A stretch of DNA of 63,311 nt, counting the filler, from Phoronis australis (taxonomy: Eukaryota > Animalia > Phoronida): the NCBI GenBank assembly GCA_002633005.1. It is 10 parts of 10 records of this genome, joined end to end, with 100 filler letters (N's around TTAATTAATTAA, not from the genome) between each part and the next. Parts side by side here need not be neighbours in the genome. Positions count along the whole stretch, not along the records: positions 1 to 23,913 come from NMRA01000660.1; 9 more parts are not named here. One strand, given 5' to 3'. A program made the position numbers and the translations under genes. Of this stretch, positions 1 through 13,800 are shown in pieces. Within the stretch, counting starts at the first letter, position 1; each line of letters begins with the position of its first letter. A model generated the notes under the pieces. The model saw only the letters and a list, made by a program, of their open reading frames with translations, made no database searches and had not been told where the DNA came from.

Positions 1-735
1 CACGACAATGAATCAAATGCTTTCTCAAAATCAATCAGCAAAAGCAATCCAGGTTTGTTAGCTGCCTGGGCATAAAACATTAAATCATATAGCACTCGGA
101 TATTTTCGTTCATATTTCTTCCAGAAACGAAACCTGTCTGATCCCTACTGATTACTTTTCCCAAAACGGATTTTAACCGTTCAGCTACTGCCGAAGAAGC
201 CAATTTATATGTCACATTGAGCAAGGATATGGGTCTCCAGTTTTTCAAATAATGTTTACTTTTATCTGCTCCCTTAGGGATGCAGGTGATCACTCCCTCT
301 TTCTGTGTTGAGGATAACTGGCCAACAGCAAAACCTGTATTAAGTGAGCGAACAACGAAATGTCCAATGTCAGCCCAAAAAAATTTCAAAAATTCCACTG
401 AAAAACCATCAGAGCCTGGGCTTTTGTTGTTTTTCATTTTTTTCAAGCATTGTGTGACTTCTTCATATGTAAGAAGACCTTCTAATTTTTCTTTTTCTGT
501 CTCATTCAGCTTGGAGACACAAACATTATCAAGAAGAGTTTTTAAAGAAGTATTGTTAGTATGTCTATATTTGTATAGATTTTCATAAAAAGTTTTGGTT
601 TCCTGAATAATCTCTTCTTCACTATTGGTTTTAGTATTGTCAGATTTCCACAAAAAAGGCATAAACTTACTTGTGTAATGCCTATTTTCCAAGTGAAGAA
701 AATATTTGGAAGGCTTTTCACCTTCTTCTATGTTG
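1..735 (-). mobile_element. Tx1/L1-clade non-LTR retrotransposon ORF2 fragment (N-terminal RT region), 5'-truncated, running off the window
   Basis: Minus-strand frame open for ~243 codons: EEGEKPSKYFLHLE...KMKNNKSPGSDGFSVEF...KNWRPISLLNVTYK...DQTGFVSGR...LLLIDFEKAFDSL. It is absent from the ORF track because no stop lies inside the window. Confidence 0.93.
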
Positions 736-1103
736 GAAATGTTGCTCGTTACTCGCCCATTTCAGATTCAACCACCAACAAGGAAAGTTTGGAATACACA
801 ACTGCACATACATGTATCATGTTATGGAGCATTTCTTTAGTCGGAATAGCTACTATATGTCTGATTTGTGATATTGCTGTGCTTTATTTTGGTATGGGGC
901 AGAGATAAGGTCAGTAATGGCCCTCAAGCTATATGTACATGTACAGTAATAACATACCTGAAATGCCAAAAATACGCGTACAGAGAAGAGACGGCCTACT
1001 TTGTGACTCGAGATGCTCTCATTGCACACTTGAGTGTACTTGCACTATCTCAACTTTACTGTAAACAGATTCAGTAAGTACGAAATACTCAACGTTAACT
1101 TAC

Positions 1104-1200
1104 ACATCCTCACTGCAGTTACAGGGCTGTTGCATCCTGTAGCCAGACTGGAGCTTAGCTAACAGATGACTGCTGGGTACTCCACTGTAGGGCGTCCCTC
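1104..1200 (-). CDS. RTK exon, kinase C-lobe
   Basis: tttcag|GA GGG ACG...GAT GT|gtaagt, translating (G)[32 protein letters not shown], which resembles Tie GGTPY...GYRLEKPLNC. Confidence 0.9.
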
Positions 1201-4200
1201 CTGAAAGACGCACGTGCATGATTTGATTGATGCAACAAGTTACGATACGGATCGTTTCATGGTTCCTCTTACACATGCTTAGGAAGTTGAATTACGGGAA
1301 ATTATCAGGTTTTGCTACATAGTCTAGTGCTATAAAACGCGTTTCCCAGTGCACCTCTCTTCCAGGCAATCCATGGTTTTTGTAAAAACAATAGGAGACA
1401 CCCAGGCAACGAGCAAAATACTGCTGTCTGGACACAGTTTTGAAGGCGATTACAGACTTGAAGAAATGTTTTGTATAACACAGGATGTTATGATTATTTA
1501 TAACGCTAACGGGAGGGGTCTAAGTTTTGTTCACCTGACGACTGAAGTTGTTGCCCATCTTCGACAACAAATAACGAGATACCTTGATGTTTCAAAATAC
1601 GGAAAATGTGAAAAACTTACCAAGTGTCACAATCTCCCACATTAGAATTCCAAAAGACCACCTGAAAATGCACCCAACAAAATAATAAAAAATACTGAAT
1701 TTTTCCTAAAAAAACGTGTTTTCATCTACGTTAAACAAATGGGATTCCCAAAATACCGGAAAGTAACTAAATATTTCTAATTTTCTATCCGTGGCACATT
1801 CCAAGAAATCAGCCTAACGTACTGTGAAACGACGTTCTCCAAATATCAAAATTATTATAGATCAAGTTCATCAAATCCACTTCACAACACATGCAAACAC
1901 CCAGCCTAAAAGCGTGGGGCTCAAAGTTTGAGAATGTGGACCTTTTATTAATTTTACTAAAATTCAGGGTGTACGTTTAGAGCTACGAACTAAACTTTTG
2001 TCTCGTCTTCTACCTTTTTCGGAGCTTTTGTTTCAGTTAGGTGGACCTTTTCCCACTTCGACAAATGAGGGTGCTCCTTCGAACCTCCCACCCTGCGTGC
2101 ACGTACAAAAACCCAGGGACGACAAAAGTCACAAGGACTAACATGGTTAGCAGATGCTTCCAAAATGTCGATCACATCAATCGAATGCTGTCGTGTGTCG
2201 TTTCGATCATGACAACAAGTTGGCGTTAGTTATATGACACACCACTGTTAACCAGAGTCCACGTACAGTGTATATGCGAGTTCTGTTCGTGGTTTAAGCC
2301 AAGCATAAGATACAGCTTGAAACAATCAGCCTATCAACATGAGCAAGAGATCCAAAATTAAACCATCATCAAAATGTTAAGGTTGGTATTGTAGAAAAAG
2401 AACTAATGGACTTCTATCAGACACAAGCTATCACTAGTGTTGTTTGAGTAGTGGGTAAGCTGGTCTTGTGCATTGCGGACCGCAAATATGTAGCAATCCA
2501 TTTCGAGCACCAACACTGTTGTGATTTCGTCTGAGTACAGGGAGATTGTGGGGGGGAGAAGTGTTGGGGATATTACTACATGTATTCTGAATACCAAGGG
2601 CTTCACTTGGCTACAAAATAGCTCGTTTTGTCTCATAATTAATGATAGAAATATCCCTGGAGAGTTTGGTTGTGCTTAAGTCGGAAAGCACGTATTGCTT
2701 CTGGTGGACAGTAAAGGGAACAAAACCCTAACATAGTTTTTACTGGGTATACGTAACCAAACACCATATCCACTATTATCTTAGGAAACACACATTACTT
2801 CAACAATCATATTGTAAGAATATAGAAATAGCGTACACGTCGGTTTTTGTAGTATAAGAATGGTCAAAGAGCGACTCAGGGGACATCCAGCGTATTGGAA
2901 CTCTTGTCTGGGTATGTTTCACATAGATGTCTTCATTTCTGCTGAGTCCAAAGTCAGATATCTTGGCTGTCAAATCTTCAGTGACCAGAACATTTCTCGC
3001 CGCAAGGTCACGGTGAATTATCTGCAAAAGAGATTCAGTACACACGTTTTGTGTTTTCACAATGCACCAAGCAGGGTGTATGGTAGGCCCCAGTCGTAAA
3101 GCAGTACTTGGAGTCTAAAATAGTGAAAACATAGGGCGAAGACTGAACAATAAAACTGTTTTGAGACAATCTTCAAAAATGACGACTCATTCGTGCATTT
3201 GACAGCAGCCTCATAGTTCCCTTCAATACATTGGATTTGGACAACAAGCACCATGCACATTTCATTTTCTAACCTTAGAAGCAGCAAGATGCTTCATTCC
3301 TCTGGAGACATCTAGCGCCATTTGCAGCAACTGCTTCTCAGTGAGACATGTTGCGGAACCAACGTTGGCGTAGTCGGAGTCCAGACGACTGTTTCTCAGA
3401 AATGTTCGCAGATTCCCGTGGACAGCATATTCCGTAGCGACCAGTAGAACATCTGCAACCGTAATAGTTCGAAGAAAATGCCTAATCTTCTTCATGGAGA
3501 TGAAAGCAAAATCATCACCAGGAACGCGAAGGAAATAAACAGTAATCAATCTGTAGGTTTCACGCATGACCAACCTGAAGCCAAGTAGGCTTAATATTGT
3601 TTTGAAGTACTCTCTAAATTAAAAGTTCTGAGTTGCACATGTACGAGGTCGCTCTAACAGAGACTGAGCAGGAGTAGGATTACTGTATGATGTCTTAGCA
3701 GGCTCTCACACTGTTGGGTTATTGCCATTTGGAATTTTCTACGCAGTGAATACAAATTGTGAAGTAGATATTATGTAGTATATTTCAACCGTGGTAAGTT
3801 CTGTAACCCTCGTCAATTGACACGCACATCTACATTTCCTGGCTTAAAATGTAAATAATAAGTTTTGTCCCGTAATTTAACATAGCACTTAGCAGTCTCG
3901 CAGTCCAAGGTGCCCATTTCATTAGTTTACGCCAACAGGATCGCAAGGTAACTCGCGAAAGGCTGGTGATACTTTCCCCTATACTAATCACTGCCATTTT
4001 GAAGGAATCTAGCCTTGCGTTATGCTGTCCAAAAAGTTATTGAAAAACCCACTCCTCTCATCACCTGAAATGGTCCTGATAGAATCTCAGGGGTTACAGG
4101 GACTATAAACTTAACACGCTTTTGTCAGCAAGTTCAACAGTATATTACCCACTCGGTTGTGGGGGCAATAAACATGATAATTACGCCTGGTCTGGCAACG

Positions 4201-7200
4201 GAACTAATTTTAAGTGAATGGTGAGATGCCTTAACTGTCAACACAGCATTCATGTATTAAAACTTTCTTCGGCGGCCAAATTTACGATCCAATAACACCG
4301 CGCCACATTATATTTGTAAAGTACATCACTTTTGCGGACAAGTCATTTTAGTTAACCCAGTATCTACATAATTAGAACTGGGGTTCAGGAAAAGCACAGT
4401 CGAGACGCATTATAACGTACCTGTAGTTTATAAAGTTCCATCTCTCCAATATGCTCTTTCTACACGGATACTGAACTTGTAACAAATGCGTGTTTTTGGA
4501 TGGTATAACTACCAAATATCTATGTCGTGGTCGAACCGCCGTTCAGCATTTATAGTATAGTATTCACGATAATTCTCGTGGAAAAAAGATAGAATTTTGA
4601 AGCAAAAAACTTTAGGTAAATTTTCAAAAATCTTAGTGTCATTTTTTGCCCAACTAACTTCCATATTTTCGCCATGACTTTCGACAAAAATCGTTAACTC
4701 TTGAAATTAGCGTCATTTTTTTCCGAATTTCATGGAGATTTCGCTTCACGACAAACATGTAAGTGCTTGAAGACGGTCATCCGTCGCTCTCATTTTGAAA
4801 CGGCAAAAACAACGAAACTTAACAGCTCACACATATGCTCACGACACCCACGAGAACGAATTATTTAGAATACGGTGGCACTGCAAAATTAGACCGTTGG
4901 GATTCATAAATTTGTGAAATTTGTTACTTCCTCAGGAATTTTAACTCGGGTTCACTGATATTCCAGGCTAATTTCTGTGTATTTATTTGAAAGTATCAGT
5001 GTAAATGAAGTTCTTGTCGGATATAAAATTCAAAACAAAGGAAACCGCTTTACCGCATAGTAATACTAAAAACATTTCAAACTCGGCTGATGTGACAGAA
5101 GCGACCTCAGCTAAAACTTCACCGATATTTACGGGGAAAGCACATTCAGAGGTCAAAATTTTATGGAAATTTTGAATCTTCTATTAGTTTAAATCCATCA
5201 GAAGAGCGAAAAAGTGAAAACAAACGTGTATTTTCGTTAGGCAACTCTTATCTAAACACCATCAGTTAATGTGTATTAGCGTGAAATCGCAATTTACCGA
5301 CCAATTGTAGACATGTGGTTTACTCAGGAATTTCGACCGACCCGAAAAGGAGGGTAGGATTATCGGGCCAGTCTATCACGACCAAAACTCCTTATATAGG
5401 ATCCGAGCCATGCTGCGTCAACCCACGAGACTTTACCTTCATGTTCACAAGCTCCAATCAACGATACAATGTTGGGATGACTTCCAACTTGACTGAGAAT
5501 GTTTAGCTCTCCAATAAAATCGAGCCTGTCCTTGTCTGTGGCAAAAGCTGTAACATAAATTATTAATCAGTAATCAGACATATTTCTAAACACAAAGAAT
5601 GCCGATCCAGTTACTGCTACATGCTAATGAAGAAACACGAACTTATGATTAATAGTAGATTTGTTTTCTTTTCTATTCATAATTGAAATGACGTTATGTA
5701 AATGAAGTGTCTTTGAAACCCTAAAAACTTACCGTTCAATTGTTTCAATGCCACCTTGATAGCAGAAGTGTTCTTGACCACGGTAGCAGAGTGAACATCC
5801 CCAAAACTTCCTTTACCGATGACGTCACCGAAAGATATAGAAGTAAATGGTATCATCCAGTAGTTTGGTTCTATTTGGTTTAACGTTGGATGTCGGTCTG
5901 TTGTGAGCTGTGGTCCCATACATGTAGGTCTGAGAGGCGTTATTTGTACACTGAAATTCAAAACTATAGATCTGTAACCTATTGTCTGTCATTCACGGAA
6001 GGTCGGTGTACTCCCAGAATACCATAGCAATGGTAATACTGTGTCAGAATACTACAGTGATCTGGAGAAAATTACGGAATTGGGAATCACAACCTCAAAA
6101 CTAAGCATTTGATAAGGTTTAACCTATTCTAGATTAGGGGCACAGGAGTTTCCACTGATGCTTTTGTGCAGGGTCACATTCGTGTCTAAGCACGTAATTT
6201 GAGTGTCACATGCATGTACAGAGCGGGGCAAATTTGACAAAACTGGTAAGAGTAACATGCTTCCTACCGGCTTATCACCAACATGGTCAAATGTAGACAG
6301 CTCCAGCGCTGTTTCCCCACTCCGAGGGGTCTGTTTTGAATGGCCTAAAATAAAAATGCACAGATTTGAAACAAAGATGACAGTCTATCCCCTTTGCACG
6401 TGTGGTCTATATGAATCTGACCAGACTCATGGATGATTGTAAGCATTGAAGTGTGGTCAGGATATTCGAGAGTCATTCATTTAATCTTTGAATTGTTGCG
6501 TTTCAGAAACCTAGTTGAGACCTTGGCATAGCACTCAAAATCCCGTGGCAAGCGAATGGTTCGAGAGTAAGCTCAAGAAATCAATAGCAAAACATACATT
6601 AGCAGCTCGACTTTCAGTTTATGTTCGTCGGCGAGGAAGAAATCCTGTTTCTTGGGAAAATTTCAAGGCTTCCCTCTATACACAGCAACTATGTCGTGAG
6701 TGACTTACATTACGGAAAGTTGTTCAGATTATATGACGGTTTTCAAAATTCACTGCATGAATCTATACCTGGTTCACTTATGTTCTCAGTCATGCCCGCA
6801 CTATGCTGCATCGTTCTTCTTTTCCTAAATTATAGAAAAACAGTGACGAGAACGTAAAACCAACAGACCATACCTGGATAGAAGCCAGGTAGCATTTATC
6901 TGTAAAAATAAATCTTCACGCGATATAAATAACCCGAAGGTTGAATGAAAAAAACATAGTTGATTGGAGAGTTTATAGATTATATTATTATGATCAGTGC
7001 GTTGCTCTCGTTTGAAAACTCTTTTAATTATTTATCTGAAATAATTTTGATACGTTTGTACACATATTAAACCTTTCAGAGGATTTGCGTGGCAAATTTC
7101 TTTCAGACGATTTACGTTAAACCCAACTTTCTATTTACACTTCTCGAACTAAAAAGGTATTTTTGACCCGATAGACCGATGTGTTGTTTACAAATTTGCT

Positions 7201-10200
7201 GAAAAGTCAAGAAATATTGTTACGAAAGGAGCTTAGTGTTACAACGAATCAACGAATGAAGGATACCCACCTATGTAATGCGAACACAATGGCAACCAAA
7301 ACAAAGACGAATGTCAAAGATCCGCATATCGCACCGACTGTTAGTCCCAATGAAGACGTGATGTAGTCTCGCACTGTTAAGAAGGAACACGTATACACAT
7401 TTAACATCAATTACTCTGTCTTAATAACAACTTCTATTATAAACCAGAATAACTATGGAATTTGTGTTTCCTTTAGCGACACATGAACGGATAGGTCTCA
7501 CGTACTAGATCAGAAGTTGAACAATTGCGTTGAAACTCGCCTACATGTAGCTTCGCCGAAATCGCGAAGAAATCCATTTTACAATTAATGCGGTTGTTAT
7601 GCATTGAGACAAACACTACGTCGGGCAAAGTTACCTTCAACAAACTGGCCGTTATAGGCACCTTCAATATCAAACACTTGGAAATGAGACTTGTTTTCCT
7701 GTAAAAATAGACATGTTTTATTAGCGATGTTTACTTATCGAAATGCTCCTATCCTCGCCACATCTTCTAAAAACGGTTACTTAGATTTCAATACGGAAAA
7801 TAGCACCGCATGCTACAACCAGATCACTATACTTTAAGGTGGTTCATATATCTGTAACGTTAAATTCCGTTGATCCTTAATTGCAGATTAGAGCTTAAGC
7901 GAGAAAAACACAGGAGTCCAGGACACGATGGCTTCATTTCACTCAAGCAAAAGTGCCATTACACAGCAGGCCGCAACCCAAGTGGTAATCTACCTAATAA
8001 TACATGTACAGTATACAAACCCAACGGGGTAGTATATTTATTGATACACAGTAAGAATTACGGCGAGCGGGGGTGTTTCCACCACCTACTGCAAACTGTG
8101 CTAAGACTTGACTCTTGAATACCAACTTTTACCAATAAAGAGTTAGTAAACTATTCTAAAGCTAGTAATTAATGTCGACGCAGAAGACGATTTTACTGGT
8201 TATAGGGTTTTACACCAAGGTGCCAACCTAGAGGTGTGTGCAGGGCCGTAAGAAGAAACTGCAGTCCCGTATGTAACATAACATAAACACGTGTGCCTGC
8301 ATTACAAACATCCAACTTGCAGTCCACAAACTTCTGCGCTACAGAGACATTGACAATTTATACTTACAGAAGCATGCCCAATAAAGACTCCGTATAAAAA
8401 CTTGTAAAGAAATCCAGAGCGGAGTTCTGCGTTCATATAACCACCATAAAATTCCCCATCACCAAGTATGAAGTCGACACCGTCCCCAACGAAACCTGCT
8501 GTCAGATTCGCCGCTATGTAACGTGGTTCTTGATTTCTCTGCGCTTCTACATAACCTTTTAATGATGATGCATCTACGACCACAGCTCGACGTCGTTTAG
8601 AATTTTTCCTCAGCGTATCCACTACGACCAAGTAGTACCTTTAGAAATATAAAAAGGTATGTTGAGGATGCTGCAGGAAAGAACAGAGATTGGCAAACAA
8701 CGTTTACCTAAGTTGTTATGAATGAGGGGTCTTCAAAGCAGGTTCTAGTATGCTCAAAACTTACTTGATGTACACACTCTTGGAATAATCATTTGCTGGC
8801 GTAAGATGTATTTTCACAGTTGCATCGGTCATGTCTTCCTTGGTTATAACTCGCAGTGGAAGGTCAACTATATCTGAAACATGAGAAGTGGACCATGACA
8901 ATTATTTGGTGATTTCAAAGTATCGTTTTTCTGACACAGATCAACAATCTGTAAGAAAAACTAAACAAACTAACTTACTACCAATGATATTGTTTTCCCA
9001 AGTCGTATATATGTATTTATACCACATACTAAACGAGAAACATTGCAATGAATTGATTTACCTTTTCTGACTCTCCACGGCTTTGTAACTACTTTCTATG
9101 TCAGAGGCCCGGGGTCGGAGGTTGTGACCTTTTAAGAAAAGCCGGGCTATTTTTGTCAAATAATGCTTTTACTCAAAACCAATTGAAAACTTAAATATAA
9201 TAGAAATAAATTGAATTTATAAATTGAGGTTTACCAACTATTATAGCTTAAAACACATTGTTTTCACGCTGAGCTTCGACCGGGAAATTATCGTCTGCTA
9301 AAGTAGGTTACCACTGGTAACTGAAGATAATTCTCAAGTCAAAGATCCTGACGACACGATACCCGCATTCAAACTGTAGAGCGGTGATTTACAAGTAAGA
9401 GGACATGAGAGAAAATTTTCACTGAATTAAGATATCATTCTTATGGAAATTATGTGTCTTATTTTTCGTAGCGTATAAGTACAGTACAATGCGGTTTGTT
9501 GTACATGAGATTATTGCGCGTGCTCGTTTAAGTATTCTATTTTCACTCTTGATGACGTCAGCCGCTGCGTGGTGTAGTGGTTAAGGTCGGCGACCTGCAA
9601 ACTCAAGATCCCCGCTTCGACTCCGTCCTCGGTTTCCCGCCAAATCGTTATCTCACTAGTGAGATAACGATTTGGCGGGAAACCGAGGACGGAGTCGAAG
9701 CGGGGATCTTGAGTTTGCAGGTCGCCGACCTTAACCACTACACCACGCAGCGGCTGACGTCATCAAGAGTGAAAATAGAATACTTAAACGAGCACGCGCA
9801 ATAATCTCATGTACAACAAACCGCATTGTACTGTACTTATACGCTACGAAAAATAAGACACATAATTTCCATAAGAATGATATCTTAATTCAGTGAAAAT
9901 TTTCTCTCATGTCCTCTTACTTGTAAATCACCGCTCTACAGTTTGAATGCGGGTATCGTGTCGTCAGGATCTTTGACTTGAGAATTATCTTCAGTTACCA
10001 GTGGTAACCTACTTTAGCAGACGATAATTTCCCGGTCGAAGCTCAGCGTGAAAACAATGTGTTTTAAGCTATAATAGTTGGTAAACCTCAATTTATAAAT
10101 TCAATTTATTTCTATTATATTTAAGTTTTCAATTGGTTTTGAGTAAAAGCATTATTTGACAAAAATAGCCCGGCTTTTCTTAAAAGGTCANTTACACAAA

Positions 10201-10865
10201 ATTAGTCTCTAACTTGGTCACTTTTTTGTCCGAGTCTACTCTATAAACTTGTAGATATCCATTTTTTCGGGCGCACCCCTCGTCCAAAAATACTCGAGTA
10301 CCCCCGCCCCCCGACCGTGTCAGATACCATTTGTTCTTGATTTTGGCCATTTTCTTCGTAATATGACTTTTGTTTCGTAAGATGTAACAATGTACCATTT
10401 CTAGCATGCTCATTCGACTTGAAATGCAACAACCACGTGAAATATAACAACTTGTTACATTTTAGGAGAGGCTTAGCAACGTTAAATGTAAAAATGACGT
10501 AAAATGTAACAGTTGTAACAACTGTTACATTTTACAGAAAATTTTGGATGCCTTCTCATTTTGAGAGTGGGCTCGGACAAAAATAGACCCATTTAGGGAG
10601 TAAATTTTGTGTAAAAATCACATTTTTAGACAGTTCTTTTCTAGAAAATTAGGAAAGACACATTTTGTCAAAATGACACCATTTTGGAAATATTTTTTGG
10701 GCTGCACTTTTCGTATAGGAATGCCTTCTGGGCCGACGTCATGAACCTAGCTACCCATTGTCATTTTTCTATAGTATTACATTACTATTGGCACTGGTGC
10801 TACCATTGCTACTATCACTACTATTACTAACATTAATACGTCAACGACTATTACTCGTTATTGTT

Positions 10866-10896
<31 letters not shown>

Positions 10897-13800
10897 AATT
10901 TATTTAACGAGGACACAGTTCAATATACACAGTATACATGTATGTGTAGCAAAGTGCTAATAAATCATGATCCTCAAACATTTCAAAGTCATATCATTTA
11001 TGGTCCAATGTTTCCACCCGGCTTCCCATAATGGACAGCCAGTGTATTCAAAGGGACTTTTAATGGGGTTTAAATGTTCAGCCTTAACGATGATGTGAGA
11101 AACGTCTTGACAGCTGTGGATAAAGAGAAGGCCTGCTCTTTGGAAACGAGGAGGATGAGATTTAAAATCTTGTTCAGACATGGGCCATATTAAAAAATTT
11201 CTGAACTATCGGCAAGCACGGTATTGTTTGTAAATATAACTGTATTCATCTGTAGTTTGCCATTAAGAACTGAATTCAGGCTGCGATCTTTTCACTTGTG
11301 ACTTACATTTAAACCTGAGGATACCCACCGTGTTATCACTTTTGTCTCTTGTTGAAAACATTCCTTTTCAAAGAACTGCGGCTGGTTCCATGATGATGTA
11401 TGAGTTAAAAAATTACTCGAAGTTCAACTCTGGGAGAAGACATTTTTCGAGTACTAACGACTTGTTGGCTATGGCAGCGATCACCGGGTTATTAGATAAG
11501 CTGGTAACGGACACACAAAACAAGCAACAACTGACGTGGAACTGGGGCACGCCCCTATATTCTTAGAAGAACGCAGTGATTTGAATCAGGTTTAAAGGAA
11601 ATTGGGTTGTATTTAGCAAAAACGTTCACCGTTAGATAAAACGTAACATCTTGTTACACTTTTAGGAGAGGTCTAGCAACTTAAAATGTAAAAAATCGTT
11701 ATACATGTATCGTACTGCTATCAGTGCATAAATAGAAATCGTACTCGATGTCTGAACGTCGGTAGACTCGTCTTAGTGATTTGAAAGAGCCGTCCCGTGC
11801 CCGATAGTTGATACAATCTTAAGTTTTCAATCACAACGTAAAGGGAAATTATCACAGTATCTATCTCATACAGTATTTTCCATTCAAAGGCCTTACATGT
11901 TTGCCTACAACCATAACACACCAGAAACAATGCAATTTGGCAGTAAGGTTTAATATCATGACAAGTTGGCGAAACAAATTAAGAGCAGGAGTTATGAATA
12001 AATTACGTATAAATTTTTGTAACAACGTCTTCTGAATCTACATCCTTATGGGTGTCCGACGTTGTTCTTACGTTATCAATAAGTATTTAACTCACTGTGA
12101 CAACAGTCTAGAAATTTTATCCAAAATAAACGGGTTCAACATTAGTTGTACAACTAAGTGAAGAACAAATATTATAATATTCTGCCCATTAAAGAGTGCT
12201 ACTAATGAGCACATTGGGAATAAGTACCAGGCAAAGCAGTCCAGCAGACTGTTGTCGCCGGCGGTCCAAAGCCAACCGATGTTTTTGCCGCTACCTGTAC
12301 CTTGTACGGCGTCCCGGGTATCAGGTTTGGGACTTCAAATTTCAAGATACTTGGTTCCATGGTCGTAGACAACAACCTTTCATTTCCGATATTCCATGAT
12401 ATCTAAATAAACAATCAATAGATATATCTATTATTTGGAAAATTATGCCTGTTTTTATTTTAGAATACCGTGAATTTCAGATCAATTGCGATAAATATAG
12501 TTTGGTTGACAACTAATTATCAGCGTGGTGACAGTGGTTTGCATGGACACCTCAAAAACAAGTATTAAAACACAGAACATAGAATCTCAGCAAACTGGGA
12601 CGTGCCCTGTCGCACTCGATGATACGAGTTTCTTCTCCGTTATTTCGTTTTCTTTTGCAGGGTCTATTCTCTTCCTACTTTTCTTGGAGTAGTTCGGAAC
12701 AAGCGGACCTGTCCCCCAGATCTTGACTACAACCTCGGGTGTTGTTTCGTGGGGACGTGGTTGCAACTAAGATAAATACCCGAAAGGCTCTTCCTGAACT
12801 CCAAATAAGGCAAAATTGAGTGGAGCTAAAGCGTGAATGCAATTGACTTACAGAGCCTCAGCTCTATGGGTCAGTTTGTGTCCGCAGATTTTTCTTCTAG
12901 TGTTTGGGAAATCAGCTCTACTTTTGCTTATGTTTAACCACTATAGTAGTGTAAAGAACTACACGTTTTCTTTATTTCTAGGACTCTGAAGAAACTGTCA
13001 TTTTTTTCTATAATTTCCTTACAATTAAAGCATAGGTTTCTAAGTTATCACAAGCTTTTGTGGAAGTTTTCGAAAATAAATCTTTATTAACCTTCAAATA
13101 TAGTCTCATTTTCTCATTACCCCCAGATTACACGGCCATGGTATTTCAATGAGATGTTTAACAAAGCCAGCACATACGAACAAAGCAAAACAACTAGAAC
13201 AATGTAACTAGAAAGATTATTGTCACGGCGTGACAATAATGGACTCTGCGCGTGCGTATTAAAGGAAATGTTATGGGAAGTTACTGACAGCAACCCATTT
13301 ACCAATATGAAAAGGAATTCTTTAAAATTGTAGGAGTAATTACATGTTAATATTTCGATGACCTTTCCACTAACTGCCCTCTTCCGGTGCATTATGAACC
13401 CCGATGAGGGAATATTTGTAAAGCCAATTTAAAGTGCGGTTAATGCTAAGAATCACAGATGTTTTACTTTAAGCACTTAAGAATACAACATGAATGAATT
13501 GGTCAAACTTTCAGAAGAAAAATACACCTAATGACCCCATGGATGCACCAAATGACCCAGAAATATAGAATTCAAACTCAATCGCATTTAGTAAACAGAT
13601 ATGTAATTTTGAAGTCTCTAGCTCAAGATTTTAGTTTTGCACTCAATGACCTTTGACCTATTTTTTCTGATTGGTTAGGCCTATTGCGGAGTTAAGAAGG
13701 TTGTTTAATTGGCATGTTGACTTACATTAGTGTGCTGAAATTGAAAAGAATTCCTTGAAAAACGCAAGAGATATATCATTTTGAACGTTAGATGACCTTT

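Noticed and set aside
9062-9128. Candidate extra RTK exon bounded by AG/GT
   Set aside because: The frame needed for the downstream phase contains TAG, and exons 12228 and 8873 already join in phase
9511-9804. Two identical 75-aa ORFs on opposite strands
   Set aside because: A direct consequence of the palindrome; they overlap a SINE-like head and have no protein features
10860-11300. Possible LINE 3' end with (TAA)n tail on the minus strand
   Set aside because: The tail and [10 protein letters not shown] peptide are suggestive but too weak to call
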